A stretch of 63,654 nt of DNA, counting the filler, from Octopus bimaculoides (lineage: Eukaryota), in assembly GCF_001194135.2 (NCBI RefSeq). It is 5 parts of 4 records of this genome, joined end to end, with 100 filler letters (N's around TTAATTAATTAA, not from the genome) between each part and the next. Parts side by side here need not be neighbours in the genome. Positions count along the whole stretch, not along the records: positions 62,541 to 63,654 come from NC_068981.1; 4 more parts are not named here. One strand, 5' to 3'. Numbering within the stretch: position 1 is the stretch's first letter; the number at the start of each line of letters is the position of its first letter. A program made the position numbers and the translations under genes. The notes under the pieces were generated by a model. That model was not told the origin of the DNA. It searched no databases and saw only the letters and a list, made by a program, of their open reading frames with translations. Shown here in pieces: positions 62,588 through 63,654 of the stretch.

Positions 62588-63025
62588 GAATGCATATATT
62601 TGTGTTTCGGGGGAGTGTGCATCTCTGCATAGATATATATGAACACATAGACACCATACATACATACATACATGGATATGTATGTATAGAGATGTATTAT
62701 ATTTTCTATATATCGTTTGATTCATAAACGTGTATTTCTTGATGATACAAAATATAGAGGTTATACCGTACATATGGTAGCTGTAATAATTAGAAATAAT
62801 AGACAATTTACACCTCACCATTTCAAAAGCAGGTTTGGAAAGGAAAACAACGCATTGTAAATTGAAATAATCTAAGTGTGTACATATTTATGTTTGTTGG
62901 TATATATGTGTGTATGCATGTATGTATGTATGTATGTATATATANNNNNNNNNNNNNNNNNNNNNNNNNNNNNNNNNNNNNNNNNNNNNNNNNNNNNNNN
63001 NNNNNNNNNNNNNNNNNNNNNNNNN

Positions 63026-63110
<85 letters not shown>

Positions 63111-63423
63111 ACATATATATTTAAGTGATATATATATATATGCATATATGCATGCATATATGTACACACGTACATTTATACGTATATAGGTAAGCATATA
63201 TGGGTACAGCACGTCATAAAATGTAAACGACATGATACTCGAAAATAAATTTGGGTACGCAAAAGGAGAGAAACAAATGGAAAGGAAGACAAGTAACATA
63301 ATAAACGACCCTTCATCAGTTGTCGGCTGTCCTTCTTCTCCTTATTTCGAGCAATATATTCACACTACTGTCACTACGTCGCTTACGACGAAAAGGGTTC
63401 TAATCGCTCAGATCAATGGATCA

Positions 63424-63616
63424 GCTTGCTCGTGAGATTAACGTGCAAGTGGCTGAGCACTCCACATTCATATGGAACCTAAGGGAGATTCAGCGTGACA
63501 CAGAGCGTGACAAGGCTGACTCCTTGAAATGCAGGTACTACACATTTTTGCCAGGTTAGTGAACTGGTAGAACGTGAAGTAAAGTGTCTTGCTCAAGGAA
63601 ACAACGCGCCCCCGAG

Positions 63617-63620
<4 letters not shown>
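63424..63620 (-). mobile_element. SINE family C fragment
   Basis: GTGGCTGAGCACTCCAC...GGGAGATTCAGCGTGACACAGAG...AAAGTGTCTTGCTCAAGGAAACAAC; related to 8490-8595. Confidence 0.75.

Positions 63621-63654
<34 letters not shown>

Noticed and set aside
57-63189. Long ORFs rich in H/T, C/V, Y/I or X
   Set aside because: Translations of microsatellites and N gaps.

Overview
This is AT-rich, repeat-saturated metazoan genomic DNA. The SINE, MITE and microsatellite families point to a cephalopod, most likely Octopus (inference from family recognition, no database search). Four identical 100-nt linkers (N44-TTAATTAATTAA-N44) show that five separately assembled pieces were joined: 1-13546, 13647-40380, 40481-56513, 56614-62440 and 62541-end. 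Adjacency across these joins is therefore not evidence of linkage. Most long ORFs in the track are artefacts of microsatellites and N gaps. Content I can support: many tRNA-derived SINEs; fragments of RTE, CR1, L1/Tx1, HERO-like and Penelope retroelements; several mariner relics; and piggyBac-, hAT- and Tigger-type MITEs. There is also a long foldback element, one good host exon (signal peptide plus PAN/Apple domain) and weaker candidate exons or pseudogenes. The most interesting signals are: (i) a palindromic element of two divergent tRNA-promoter units, each ending in a Penelope-type hammerhead ribozyme, plus two more hammerheads elsewhere; (ii) a cryptic decayed integrase-like plus envelope-like minus-strand region at 33.3-36.1 kb; (iii) a SINE that swaps 3' tails, one shared with the local L1/Tx1 LINE; (iv) PAN and C-type-lectin-like pieces. 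Boundaries of decayed elements are approximate.
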